DNA from: Candidatus Latescibacterota bacterium
Lineage (GTDB): Bacteria > Latescibacterota > UBA2968 > GCA-2709665
DNA length: 64,000 nucleotides
NCBI GenBank assembly: GCA_965208835.1
Contig: OZ242358.1
Coordinates: 4,288,001-4,352,000 of the forward strand
Reading direction: 5' to 3'
Shown: piece by piece, positions 29,972-40,800 of the stretch
Position numbering within the stretch: position 1 is the first letter of the stretch
How the letters are laid out: every line of letters begins with the position of its first letter
Made by a program: the position numbers and the translations under genes
The notes under the pieces: model-generated
What the model saw: only the letters and a program-made list of their open reading frames with translations
What the model was told of the DNA's origin: nothing
The model's database searches: none

Positions 29972-30760
29972 ATGCGGTTAGAGGGTAAAGTCGCCTGGAT
30001 TACGGGCGGCGGCGCGGGCATCGGCAAGGCCGTGGCGATGCGGTTTGCGAAGGAAGGCGCGAAGGTGGTTGTATTGGAACTCGATCGGGACCGCGGGGAG
30101 ACCGTGGTTGAGGCGATCGAACGGGCGGATGGCGACGCAGCGCTCGTCGTGGGCAGTGCGACTGATCCGACGGACGTCAATCGCGCGTGTGATAAAGCCG
30201 TGGAAACATATGGCGGCCTTGATATTCTGGTAAACAACGCCTATTTTTGCCACGGGTCCCACATCCTGGATATCGATCCGGATTTATGGGACCGAAATAT
30301 AGAGGGATGCCTGAAGAGCGCCTACCTCTGCAGCCGCGCGGCACTTCCGCGGATGATCGATCGTGGCGGCGGATCCATTGTAAACATATCGTCCGTCAAC
30401 GCGATCATGTCGTTTGGGGAGAGTGCATACAGCGCAGCGAAGGCAGGTGTCATCTCGCTCACCAAAACCACAGCGGTGGATCACGGACCCGGGGGCGTGC
30501 GCGTGAATGCAATCTGCCCCGGCACCGTCATCACGGAGGGGTGGCAGCACGTCCTTGAGAAGGACCCGGAGATATTCGAACGTATCGCCGAGGTTTATCC
30601 GCTCAAACGCGTGGGCAGACCTGAAGAAATAGCGAATGTAGCGCTCTTTCTTGCCTCGGACGAGGCGTCGTTCGTCACCGGTTCGGTTGTGGTGGCCGAC
30701 GGGGGCGTGACGTCGGGAAATCCCACTTTTCTGGATCATGTTGAAGGTAAACTCTCGTGA
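29972..30760 (+). CDS. classical SDR oxidoreductase
   Basis: TGGGAGIG, NNA, NISS, YSAAK, VNAICPG, DGG. Confidence 0.93.
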   Translation: MRLEGKVAWITGGGAGIGKAVAMRFAKEGAKVVVLELDRDRGETVVEAIERADGDAALVVGSATDPTDVNRACDKAVETYGGLDILVNNAYFCHGSHILDIDPDLWDRNIEGCLKSAYLCSRAALPRMIDRGGGSIVNISSVNAIMSFGESAYSAAKAGVISLTKTTAVDHGPGGVRVNAICPGTVITEGWQHVLEKDPEIFERIAEVYPLKRVGRPEEIANVALFLASDEASFVTGSVVVADGGVTSGNPTFLDHVEGKLS

Positions 30761-31662
30761 ACGCATCGTTTCTGTTGATGGACGGGGCCGTTTCAACTCA
30801 GGATCTCGCGGACCTGATGACGCGATGTGCAGACGGAGCAGGAGACGTAACGCCGCCGACCGGGGAGTTCCTCGAAAATTTGAGAAACGACGGGACTGTG
30901 CTGGCGTTCGACGGACCGACGCTCGCGGGTGTCTGCGCAATGTCGTTTTCGGACGCCGAGCGGGTCGCGACACTGAGTTTCATAGGGGTACATCCCGGCC
31001 GCCGGCGTGCGGGGTTGGGGCGACGCCTGCTGTTGGAAGCGGAAGGGGTTGCCCGCGAAAACGGCATTCAGGCATTACGGACCGGCTCGGCTGTCGACAG
31101 CGACAATGCGGCCGCAACAGGACTCCTGAAACAAGCAGGATGGAAACCCGTGTTCGGCGCGAGCCTGAAAATGTGGCGGGAACTTAACGACCTTCCCGTT
31201 GCAAGGACGCCGGCGGGGTACCGGATCAGGACCTACGAGACCGGCGATGACACGGCATTCGTCCGCATCAAGAATGCGGCGTTCATAAGTGAGAACACAG
31301 GCGGAAGGGCCTGGACGTCGGCTGACTTCGAAAAGGAATATCTGGACTCGCCGTATTTTGATCCGAAGCGCGTCCTGTTTGCGGTCTGCGGCGACGAACC
31401 CGTGGGCACAACCACCGCCTGGACGGCGATGTATCAGGGCAGGGATGTCGGGCTGATTCACTGGGTAGCGGTTGTACCGGAACACCGGAGCAAGGGTCTG
31501 GGTTGGGTGTTGAACGTGCGCGCGCTGCACAAATTGAAAGCGCTTGGGTACGGCGAGGCCATCCTGAACACGAGTGAAAAGCTGGAATCCGCGGTTCGCC
31601 TGTACCGCCGTCTGGGTTTCGAAGTCATCTTACGGCGCGCGGCGTACGAGAAACCGCTTTAG
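30757..31662 (+). CDS. tandem-domain GNAT acetyltransferase (MshD-like architecture)
   Basis: Two acetyl-CoA motifs: VHPGRRRAGLG and VVPEHRSKGLG; A.RLYRRLGF. Confidence 0.85.
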   Translation: MNASFLLMDGAVSTQDLADLMTRCADGAGDVTPPTGEFLENLRNDGTVLAFDGPTLAGVCAMSFSDAERVATLSFIGVHPGRRRAGLGRRLLLEAEGVARENGIQALRTGSAVDSDNAAATGLLKQAGWKPVFGASLKMWRELNDLPVARTPAGYRIRTYETGDDTAFVRIKNAAFISENTGGRAWTSADFEKEYLDSPYFDPKRVLFAVCGDEPVGTTTAWTAMYQGRDVGLIHWVAVVPEHRSKGLGWVLNVRALHKLKALGYGEAILNTSEKLESAVRLYRRLGFEVILRRAAYEKPL

Positions 31663-31694
31663 GGTGACCGCAAGCCGTCCGTCATTGCACAGCG

Positions 31695-31819
31695 TTAACC
31701 ATGATTCGTATGTTTTCGTGGACGTTAACGAAAAAATGTCCTTCCTTACGACCATTTCGGCCCGTATCGAAAAATTCCGTCGCGGTGCCGGGTTGCGATT
31801 TTTGCGGAATTTAGGTTAA
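31695..31819 (+). mobile_element. MITE-like dispersed repeat, copy 3 (internally deleted, 125 bp)
   Basis: TTAACCATGATTCG...CGGAATTTAGGTTAA imperfect inverted ends; core TCCTTCC..ACGACCATTTCGGCCCGT.TCG shared with copy 2. Confidence 0.72.
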
Positions 31820-31857
31820 ATACTGCAGCGTGGAATCGGAAAGTCAGGATTGCAGAT

Positions 31858-32376
31858 ATGAAGCGTTGTCTGGGATTACTTCTGATCATTTGCATGGGCT
31901 GCGGATCGTCGGATCCCGTAGGGGTGGTCGAACCTCCTCCCGGCCCCTCCGAAGAGATGCTGTCGGTCGCCGCGTCGGATTTTAACGCGTACCTCGTCAA
32001 TGTCTTTCGAACCTACCAGACAGTGAACCTGATGAATGCCGAATTCGGTTCCATAACCCAGGGATGGTCGGGGGGCCTGGTTTCGCGGTACTGGACGCGG
32101 CAGTTCATGTCGAATCTGATCTCCCGCCTGGAGACACTGCAGTTACAGGTTCGGGACATCCGGCCGGTCGATCACGAACTGCGGAGGATTCACGACCGGT
32201 ACGAGCAGGGCCTGACCACCTTCCACGAGGCGTTTCTCGCCTTTGTCAACCAGATCGACTTCCCGACGACGGAGGGGATCGAAGGCGTGAACCTGCTCAT
32301 ATTCAGAGGCAACAAACGCATGGATGAATTCCAGTTGATGTTGAGCAATCTTGCAGGACGGCAGATTCAGTTCTAG
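31858..32376 (+). CDS. hypothetical lipoprotein
   Basis: MKRCLGLLLIICMG|C lipobox, Pro-rich linker, helical body. Confidence 0.7.
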   Translation: MKRCLGLLLIICMGCGSSDPVGVVEPPPGPSEEMLSVAASDFNAYLVNVFRTYQTVNLMNAEFGSITQGWSGGLVSRYWTRQFMSNLISRLETLQLQVRDIRPVDHELRRIHDRYEQGLTTFHEAFLAFVNQIDFPTTEGIEGVNLLIFRGNKRMDEFQLMLSNLAGRQIQF

Positions 32377-32644
32377 CACACACGAGACAAACGCAGTAGT
32401 GATGCCCTGCCAGGGATGGGCAGCAGGGCCACCGGACCTCGATACGGACATAAATATAAAAAATATAAATACTTATGTGTAAACACGCAAAGAAGGGTCC
32501 TTAAGGATCCTTCTTTATTTTTGTTCGTTGACGATCCTCGAAACCCTCATATATCTTCCGAAGGGATACCGAAGCGTTTTCGTTTTTTTGAACCCGTACC
32601 CTGCAACATGTGTCTTAGGTTAACGAATGGGTAAATGCCTGATC

Positions 32645-32670
32645 CCGCGGCCTGCAACGCGGCTTTTTTG
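32645..32670 (+). terminator. possible intrinsic terminator/attenuator upstream of the GWxTD gene
   Basis: CCGCG-N8-CGCGG followed by CTTTTTT. Confidence 0.45.
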
Positions 32671-32750
32671 TCAATCAAGTCTTGTATCTTAACGTTCATT
32701 ACAGCCGAGATCCGAAGGGTTCAGTTCGCGGGGCCCAGGGAGAAATTTGA

Positions 32751-34790
32751 ATGATTCGGCTCACGGTATCGATTTGCCTCCTGGCGTTGTGCGCTCCCGC
32801 CGTTGAGGCCGGACGGTCCGATCCTGCGAAGGTAGACTCGCTGCTGAATGCCGCGGCGGATACGCTGCTTGACCGCGACCGTCGCGAAGCCCTGATGAAG
32901 CGTGCGCTCAGACATGACCGGTCCGGCAGAACAATGCACGCGTTGGCGCGGTTTTACATGGCGCAGGGCACGCCGGTTTCCCGCCAGACTGCCGGCCACT
33001 GGCTGCTGCGCGCCGTGATGCGTGAGCGCGAGAACCCTGACTATCGGGCAACCCATGCTGAGCTGTTATGGCGGACGTTGCAGCGTCCAGACTCCTACAG
33101 AAAGGCGCTCCAGGTTCTGGAACTGGATCCGGACCATGTAGCGGGCCTCTTCTGGGCAGGGCGTTTCGCGGTCTGGGCCTGGGAGATGACCTATTTTACG
33201 GACAGGCTCGATGACGACACTGAAGCGGCAATCGGTATGTATTCAATCCGGGGCGGCAAGACACTGACGTTCGTCGAATATCCTGACCTCACAATCGAGA
33301 GTGGAATCGGCTACCTCACCCGCGCCATCAGCCTGGACCCCGTCCACTGGCCTTCTCACCAGTACCTTGGGTTGTCTTACTACGCGGCCGATATGCCCGG
33401 ACCCCTGATCGAGCTCTTCGAGGCCTATCGACAGCGACGTCCCGAGAATTGGAACGCCCACTTTTTCGCGGGCCTGGGCTATCAGATGAAGGGCGACCTG
33501 GAGAGGGCCTATCGTTCCTATTTGGACGGCCTGGACCGGATGTCCGAAACGGCCCGCAGGTTCATGCAGTCGGTCTTCCTGATCCGGAACCCTGTGGAAG
33601 AGAAACGGGCTGAGCCACTCCCGAGCGACGAGGAAATACGCAAGTTCTGGCTGGGAAAGGACCCGATCTACCTGACATCGGTCAACGAACGCCTGCTGGA
33701 ACAGTGCCGGCGCGTGGCCTACGCAAACCTGCGGTTCTCCGATCCCACACTCGGTCGGGAAGGCTGGCAGACCGACAGGGGGCAGATCTACATCCGGTAC
33801 GGCGACCCGAACCTCCGGTACATGGATGGCCCCGGCAGGGGCCGGAAGGAAGTCTGGGACTACGGCCCGTTTACAGTAATATTCGTCCCTACGGTTACCT
33901 GGGACTCCTGGCGGTTCGTAACGGCCAGGCTTGGAAAAAAACGCCTGGAACTCGAACAACTTGTGGACGCGGTACCCGACCTCTATGAACATCCGCTGCA
34001 GTATGATGCCCCAAACCAGACGGCGCAGTTCCGGCATGACGACGGTAATACGCGCATTGAGGTGTATTACGCGCTTCCGGAAGAAAACTTGCGGCATACT
34101 GTGTCGGGGGAAGATGGAAACGCCGGAGTGGACGCCATGCAAGCGCTTTTTCTCTTCGACTCCGATTGGGATACCGTCCGGCACGGTGTCGTAAAGCTGG
34201 AGCGGATGCCGCGGGTCGTCTACGAATCCACGGAAGAGGCATTCCTGCTGGCCGGGGAACGCATGGTCCTTGACCCGGGAATGTATTTTCTTGCCGGTGA
34301 AGTCGAAGACCGGACGACGAAGCGGATAGGTACGGTACGGGAGCAGCTGCGAGTAAGGTCCTTCGGGCCGGACACGCTTGAGATCAGCGACCTGTTGATG
34401 GCGCGGCGCATTCGAAAGCGTGAGGACGTGCCGTACGGACGGGAGCAATTCGCGGTACTCCCGAATCCGCTGCAGGTGTGCCGCACGGAGGGGCAGGCCT
34501 GGTTCTATTTCGAAATCTACAATCTCTCGCGTGACGAATTTGGCGCCACGAACTACCGCATAAGCTATCAGACGCAGTCGCTGCGGGAGGGGGGAGGTGA
34601 CGGCTCCCCGGCCGGCTGGACGACGGCCGTTTCATACACGTACCGGGGCACACGGGATTGGGAGCCGCGCGATCTCCGCGTGGATATGGACGGTGCTTCG
34701 CCGGGGCCGAGGGCGTTTCGAGTTGTGGCGGAGGACCTGCACACCGGTCGACAGGCGATGGCGGAAACACGTTTCCGGGTGAGATGGTAA
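32751..34790 (+). CDS. TPR + GWxTD-domain protein
   Basis: Signal peptide, TPRs, FW..KDP, NERL.E..RRV.YAN..F, GWQTDRG.IYIRYGDP, ISDL, FYFEIYNL. Confidence 0.9.
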   Translation: MIRLTVSICLLALCAPAVEAGRSDPAKVDSLLNAAADTLLDRDRREALMKRALRHDRSGRTMHALARFYMAQGTPVSRQTAGHWLLRAVMRERENPDYRATHAELLWRTLQRPDSYRKALQVLELDPDHVAGLFWAGRFAVWAWEMTYFTDRLDDDTEAAIGMYSIRGGKTLTFVEYPDLTIESGIGYLTRAISLDPVHWPSHQYLGLSYYAADMPGPLIELFEAYRQRRPENWNAHFFAGLGYQMKGDLERAYRSYLDGLDRMSETARRFMQSVFLIRNPVEEKRAEPLPSDEEIRKFWLGKDPIYLTSVNERLLEQCRRVAYANLRFSDPTLGREGWQTDRGQIYIRYGDPNLRYMDGPGRGRKEVWDYGPFTVIFVPTVTWDSWRFVTARLGKKRLELEQLVDAVPDLYEHPLQYDAPNQTAQFRHDDGNTRIEVYYALPEENLRHTVSGEDGNAGVDAMQALFLFDSDWDTVRHGVVKLERMPRVVYESTEEAFLLAGERMVLDPGMYFLAGEVEDRTTKRIGTVREQLRVRSFGPDTLEISDLLMARRIRKREDVPYGREQFAVLPNPLQVCRTEGQAWFYFEIYNLSRDEFGATNYRISYQTQSLREGGGDGSPAGWTTAVSYTYRGTRDWEPRDLRVDMDGASPGPRAFRVVAEDLHTGRQAMAETRFRVRW

Positions 34791-34816
34791 TTTGAAATTC
34801 TTGTACTTCTCTCGCC

Positions 34817-34870
34817 GACCCCTTCGACAACCCTTCGGCGGGCTCAGGACAACGGCTCAGGGAGCGGCTC
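34817..34870. repeat. degenerate CTTCGACA(G/A)GCTCAG-type REP-like repeats
   Basis: CCCTTCGACAA, CCCTTCGGCGGGCTCAGG, GGCTCAGGG; related TTCGACAAGCC doublet at ~57059-57083. Confidence 0.45.
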
Positions 34871-34897
34871 GGGCCGCGTGCCGGGACCACGCATACT

Positions 34898-34932
34898 AAA
34901 GAGGGCCAAAGCATTAGCCTCGGCCCTCTTTT
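34898..34932. terminator. bidirectional intrinsic terminator
   Basis: AAAGAGGGCC...GGCCCTCTTTT between convergent genes. Confidence 0.75.
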
Positions 34933-34970
34933 CCTATTGCGGTGTAATTTGACGTTATTGCCGCGCCGCT

Positions 34971-37373
34971 CTACTCCAGGACGACGATTTCCCCTGGCGG
35001 GATCACCGTTTCACCGCCTTCGTGTGCGACCCGTGCAGGGGCGGCCCCCGTATTCCTCGCCCAGACTGCCCCGGAATCCGCCGCGTTGATTTCCAGCGCG
35101 CCGTCCGTGACCACGTTCAGGATCGCTTCCTGCAGACGGGCTTCGCCCGCCCCGAGGTTTCGCTCGAAGGCGACATTGTCTTCGTCGATTCGGGTAACGC
35201 CTGCGAAAACAGGAATTTCGCTGAGTCTTGAACGATTCGCCCTGAAGGTCAATGCGCCCTCCTTTTCACCAAAGTTCGCCACAGCCAGGTGATTGTCCGC
35301 GAGCAGGCCGATGGCGGACCGTCCCGTTTCCATGGTCACAAAGCCGATTTCGGCCGTTTTTCTGTGGCCGTGGTCCGGGGCGATGAGCGCCGTGAGTTCG
35401 GAAACGGTCCTTCCGTCGGCTACCTGGAACGGTTCGTCCACCCGGCTGAGGGTGAGGTCGTCTGCCACCGCGCGCCAGACCTGATAAAAGTGCCGATTGT
35501 GATAGACGGTCTTACCGGAACCCGCGTAGACGAAGCCCAGGCGGCCGTCGATGTTGACCCATTCCGGATGATCGTAGGTCTTGACGACGTCGCTGTCCGG
35601 ATCCGTGGTGACGTAGCTCCTGTAGCGATCGGAGCCGTCCGGCGTGTGGACGGTCCGGAACCCGTTGCAGTTTCCTTTCAGGGCGTTGAAATCTTCATTG
35701 ACGATGCGCAGGAAGCCCTGGTCGACACTCTGAACGGTAATCGCCTCATTGGCCGTGAGCCGTTCGTACGAGAGGGAGATTCCCGAGGGCAGACCGGCGA
35801 AGAGTACTTCCTGTCGAACCGAGCGCTGTGCGCGGTCCAGGATCATCGCGGCGGCAAAGCCGTCCTGATGTTCGTCCACGCGAACCGAGACCAGGTCGTG
35901 GCTGTCGGGCTTGTCCTCGACAACGATGCTGGCCAGAAACGAACCCGACGCCGGCGCGACGGTATAGAGTCCGTCCTTGTTCAGCGGAAGCGCCATGATG
36001 TCGTTTCGCCATGAGAGCGAGGTCTGACCGGCGCGATGTCTCTGGAAGGCGAATCCGGAATGAGGATAGACCTTGACACCCCTCAGGTTGCGTTCGACGC
36101 GCGACGAGGACGCCGGGTCCGGACCGTCACCGAAGATCCGATGGAAGAAATAGGTGTGGGCGGGATTGTCGATGTTATGTTCTCGAATGATCAACGGATC
36201 CTGGGGCCCATGCACGATCTCGGCGATCTGACGGTCGTGCATTCGGCCGCCGGCGCTCTCGGCGCGCTGTTCCAGGGTCTCGAGCCCCTGGCGCTCGAAA
36301 TACGCCGCCTCCGGGTCGTCCAGGTAATACGCGGCCGTCGCATGGGTGAGCGTGCCCGGGTCAGGCGGGAGATAGGGCCAGTCCATGCCCTGCACGGGAT
36401 GCATCGAGCCCGTCCGGTCTGTCGTTCGTTTGAGCTCGTCGTAAATCTCCCTCCGGTTGAACAGGGCATGGTCCGGTATCTTTGCGCCGAACGTCCCGTA
36501 GATGATGCCGAGCCGGCCGGTGAACATGACAGAACTGCCGGTGTAGCTGGGATGCACCATGCCGTGGTTTTCGGCCATATAATCCGGCAGCGCGGTGAAC
36601 GTCTGGCCGGTGAGTTCCCGTACGGTCCGACCGTCTGAAAACGGCGCGTGGTTTTTCGTGTCCTGCTGGGTTGTGGTTGTGGAAAACATCCAGCGGCGGG
36701 CTGTTTCGGCCCAGGAATCGACGTGCGGCGAGTTGCTCAGGAAACACTCAACCGACGCCAGACCGCACGATGTCCAGCCGTTCTCCTCCATCTGCGTGTT
36801 GGTGTAGACGCCGCTCTTCGGCGCCATGGCCCCGAACCGTCCGGCATAGTCTTCGTGCATGCGGGCGATCATGGTCCACGTCTCGTCGTCCATAATATTT
36901 CCCAGCAGGAGGGCGGTCAGGCCAACGTCGGAGAGATTCGTTCCGCACTGGCTCTCGGGGAAGAAGCCGCGGCCGCGTTCGCCCCATTTGGTGCCCCAGG
37001 TCCTGGGGTTGCCGAGGCTCTTCTCGGGGCGGATACAGTCCGCGGGGCCCGTGTCGTGGGTATAGCAGAGGTAGCGGATCCCCTTCAGCGCGATCTCCCG
37101 AAGCTCCTTTTTGGAGCATCCGGTGCGTTTCGCATCGTATTCAGGGGAATTGGCGAGCACGGCAAAGACAAAAGCCGGTCCGACCGTGTCGCTGCCGTAC
37201 CAGTGGGCCCCGCCGAAAAAGTGACCGCAGTTGGGCCGCTCCGGCCAGTCTTCGAAATAGCTGAGGCCAACCGGCACCCAGTTCTCCAGGATGCGCTTGT
37301 ATCGCCTGCTCAAAGGGGTTTCCCTCGCCGGCACGGAAGACCGGCGACGGTCAGTCACAATATCGGGGCGCAT
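34971..37373 (-). CDS. large hypothetical protein, possibly polysaccharide-lyase-like (helical toroid + beta-sandwich)
   Basis: 800-aa ORF with AGGAG RBS; NT.MEENGW, ENHGMVHPSY, GMDW motifs; beta-rich C-terminal half. Confidence 0.5.
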   Translation of the reverse strand: MRPDIVTDRRRSSVPARETPLSRRYKRILENWVPVGLSYFEDWPERPNCGHFFGGAHWYGSDTVGPAFVFAVLANSPEYDAKRTGCSKKELREIALKGIRYLCYTHDTGPADCIRPEKSLGNPRTWGTKWGERGRGFFPESQCGTNLSDVGLTALLLGNIMDDETWTMIARMHEDYAGRFGAMAPKSGVYTNTQMEENGWTSCGLASVECFLSNSPHVDSWAETARRWMFSTTTTQQDTKNHAPFSDGRTVRELTGQTFTALPDYMAENHGMVHPSYTGSSVMFTGRLGIIYGTFGAKIPDHALFNRREIYDELKRTTDRTGSMHPVQGMDWPYLPPDPGTLTHATAAYYLDDPEAAYFERQGLETLEQRAESAGGRMHDRQIAEIVHGPQDPLIIREHNIDNPAHTYFFHRIFGDGPDPASSSRVERNLRGVKVYPHSGFAFQRHRAGQTSLSWRNDIMALPLNKDGLYTVAPASGSFLASIVVEDKPDSHDLVSVRVDEHQDGFAAAMILDRAQRSVRQEVLFAGLPSGISLSYERLTANEAITVQSVDQGFLRIVNEDFNALKGNCNGFRTVHTPDGSDRYRSYVTTDPDSDVVKTYDHPEWVNIDGRLGFVYAGSGKTVYHNRHFYQVWRAVADDLTLSRVDEPFQVADGRTVSELTALIAPDHGHRKTAEIGFVTMETGRSAIGLLADNHLAVANFGEKEGALTFRANRSRLSEIPVFAGVTRIDEDNVAFERNLGAGEARLQEAILNVVTDGALEINAADSGAVWARNTGAAPARVAHEGGETVIPPGEIVVLE

Positions 37374-37481
37374 GGTGTCTCCTTATTGGTTTTAGCGGCT
37401 AAGAAAGGTGAATTTCAGCGCGGTGTCCTGTTTCCGGCAGCGTTTCCTTCCAGAAGTACCGTTTTCAATCTCCGCTCAGGT

Positions 37482-37895
37482 TCAGCGGCTCCGACCGAAG
37501 ATCTTGTCGAATATGGACCTCCGTGAAAGCCGTTCGACTTCGACCCGCGTGCTGCGGATCTCGGACGAGAGTTCTTCCACAACTCCCAGCCTTTCGGTTA
37601 TACCGTTGAGCTGCTGCTCGACTTTGATGAGCTTTTCGCCGATCAATGCCGGATCGGTAGCCTGCAAAAGCTCAACGGCCCTCCGGAATTCAACGAGGAC
37701 GCTATTTAGCGATTCAACTGCGGCCCCGGCCACCGACGCGAGATCCGAGACGTTCGCATTGGCTTCGCCGAGTCCTGTTCCCGCTCTCGCCAGTGATTGC
37801 TGGAGCTCATCGAATTGTTCCAGCCGACGGACCACTTCCGCGGCGCGTCGTTCCGTTTCACCAAGCCGTTCCTGTAGTTCTTCCAATATATCCAT
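37482..37895 (-). CDS. small coiled-coil protein coupled to the RecQ-nuclease gene
   Basis: ATG directly follows the upstream TAG (GGAGCG TAG ATG); heptad pattern; C-terminal amphipathic RRSIFDKIFGR. Confidence 0.75.
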   Translation of the reverse strand: MDILEELQERLGETERRAAEVVRRLEQFDELQQSLARAGTGLGEANANVSDLASVAGAAVESLNSVLVEFRRAVELLQATDPALIGEKLIKVEQQLNGITERLGVVEELSSEIRSTRVEVERLSRRSIFDKIFGRSR

Positions 37896-40800
37896 CTACG
37901 CTCCCAATGCCTCTGCCAGACCGGGCGTCTCATATTGCCGGACTACTCGATCGGACACGATTTTCAATCGATCGAAAACGTCGCGAATGTTCCACGTCGC
38001 GATTACCGCACTGACGCGAGGATCATCGAGTTCAACCGCCCGCTGAATCGCCTTTTCCGCCACGCATGCGTAGTCCGGCGACGCGTCGACGAAATCGAGC
38101 AGCGCGACGGTAAGCGGCGGGCCTAGATCAACAGCGCGGGTTGAGGCCAAGTCGTACATCTCGTCGATTGAGGCCTCGATATCCGTCCACCCAATCCCGT
38201 ATTTCTCGACGCCGGACCGTATCGCGGCGCTGATGCCCCTAGCGCTCACGGTTCCATCATGATCCATGCACATGGCCTCCGAAAGCGCGCGGGTCATCAG
38301 AAGCCCCGGATGATCGGGATATGTCTCAAGCGCGCGAATGCACAGTCCGCGAAGCTCACCCGCATCCATCATCGACTGCACTTTGGAAACAAGATCCCAC
38401 CAGGCGGCCAACTCGACGTCCTCGTTCAGAAGTAGTCCTTCGATGTGCTCGGCGCCAAAGCCTTCCTGAAGGTAGTCCAGCAGTCGTATGCGAATCTCCG
38501 CGTCGTCCCTCGCCTGCCGGGCAAGGAGCAAGGCCTCGCGGATCATGCCCCGCCGCGAACGTTCGACAAGGTCATAAGTAAACTCGATCAGAATCGTAGC
38601 AAGCGCAAGCGCCGCATCACGCGCCTGCACGGTGTCGATCTTGTTTACCTTGCGAACAAGCGACTTGATCCGTCCCGGCTGCGCGGCGCGAACGAATTCA
38701 AGCAGACTGTCCTTGCATCGATCGAAATCGAACGCGTCTACGTGAAGTACAAACCTGCGGGAACCGAACTCGACTTCATAGTCGTCGATCACGCCAAGTC
38801 TCAGTAGCCGGTAGATTGCCTTCTCAGCTCTGATGCGGTCATCGCCGTCTTCAAAGGGTCGTTCGATGCGTTGCCTGGAAGCGAGATCGCCCAGCGCATT
38901 CAACAGATCAGTCACATCAACGATTTCACGCGCTGCACCGCCGAATGACTGCAGGTGAAACCATAATGCCCGGGTAAGGTCATCCGCCGTTCGGGTACTT
39001 CCACTGATCACCTCGAACTTTTCGCGAAGTACTTCGAGATCGAGTTCGGGATCGATCAACTCTGAGGAGCGACCCGGGTCATATTCCGAAAACACGATTG
39101 TCGCGCGCGCGGTTTTTTGGTCTCGCCCGGCACGGCCAGCTTCCTGATAGAAGCTCTCAAGCGACATTGGCATTCCAAAATGCACAGTATATCGGATATT
39201 CGATTTGTCGATCCCCATTCCGAAAGCCTTGGTCGCGACAAGCACGGGCACTCGATTGGATTTAAAGTCGGCAGCATTTGCACGTTTTCGTGTGTCCCAC
39301 TTGTCGGCGTCCACAGACGAAGGAGGGCTGCCTGAATAGATGGTGACGTCCGCGCCCGTCGCGTGCTGCACCACACTTCGCACATCCTGCACCCCGTAGA
39401 TACGGGCGTTAACCGTTGGAACGAATACAATACCTGATGCGGTATCGGCTCCCGACGACCGAAAGAACTCCGTCCTCGGCAATCCGAATCTTCCAGGCAG
39501 CGCGTTCAGTACGCCGCGCAAGGCCGCTGACGGGTCTTCGACCGGCGAGGTGCGCACGATATCAAAGCGGATTTCAGAACGGTCAAACGAATCCGGACGG
39601 ATCAATGAATCCGAGCGATTCTTGTCGATGCCGAGGTCCAGAAGCATGTCCCGCAGGACGGCGCGCGAGGCAGTTCCTGTAAGCGCAAGGAGCGGTGGCG
39701 GATTGGATTCGCCATCTACCCCGAGCCTTCTCAGATTGTTCGCGAGGTTCAGGTACGCGGGCCTGAAGTCGTGGCCCCATTCCGATACGCAGTGCGCTTC
39801 GTCGATGACGGCCAAATTGACGAGCGTACTCTCCACCAGTGCGCGGAGCGCCGTCCGAAATCGCGGAGACTGCAATCGTTCGGGCGCGTGAAGCACAAAC
39901 AGGTACTCGCCTCGCTCGACCCGACGAAGCAGGCTTGCGCGCTCTTCCCTGCCCGCAAGGTAGCTGGTAACCGAAGCCGCCCTGTCGATTCCGTACGACC
40001 GTAATCCCTCAACCTGGTCTTCTATCAATGCGGTTATCGGGTCGACCACCAGCGTCACACCGGGCATGAGCAGACCGGCGAGCTGGTAGATGATACTCTT
40101 ACCACCGCCAGTCTGGAGCAGCACAACGCTGTCGGTCTGTCGCAGCGCGTTTAAGATCGCCTGTCCCTGCATCGGGCGGAATTCTTTTTTTCGAAATATG
40201 TTGCGAAGGAACATCCTGAGCGGCACGCGAGCCTTTTCGTAGGTCGAGACTACCGCGGCCCGTCTGCGCACATCGAACGACTGCGCGGCAGCGATCAATG
40301 CGGGGACGTACACGGGGCGAACGACGAAATCCAGTTCCTCATGTGGAATGCTGTGATACGGACTGTATGCCGATTCGGCACTTATTCGCAGCGGTTCACC
40401 GTCGGTTCCGGTTTCAGCGGCCTTGACCCACTGACCACCCCCTTCGTGACTCCAGGCTCCGAAGAATCCGTCATCCGTGCGAACGGAACACTTGGTAGGG
40501 ACCGAACAACCGCCATACAGGACGTCGATGCCTGCGAGGAACCGAAGGACGTCCAGCACGCCCGGCACGGCCGGTGTTCCCGCACCTTGGATGTGAATCT
40601 CCCAACTTCCGTCAGGTGTCAGCCAGCCGTATTCCATGGCACGAGCGACCGTAAACTGGACCCTGGCCGCGTTCGCGCAGTCGAGGGCGAGCGACGCGAC
40701 AGCCCGCTCCAAGCCACTTATTTGGTCGAATGCCGTGAGGGCTTCCCGGCAGCGAACACGGATTTTGTCGAGCATATCGCCACGGCCATTGAGTACTTCC

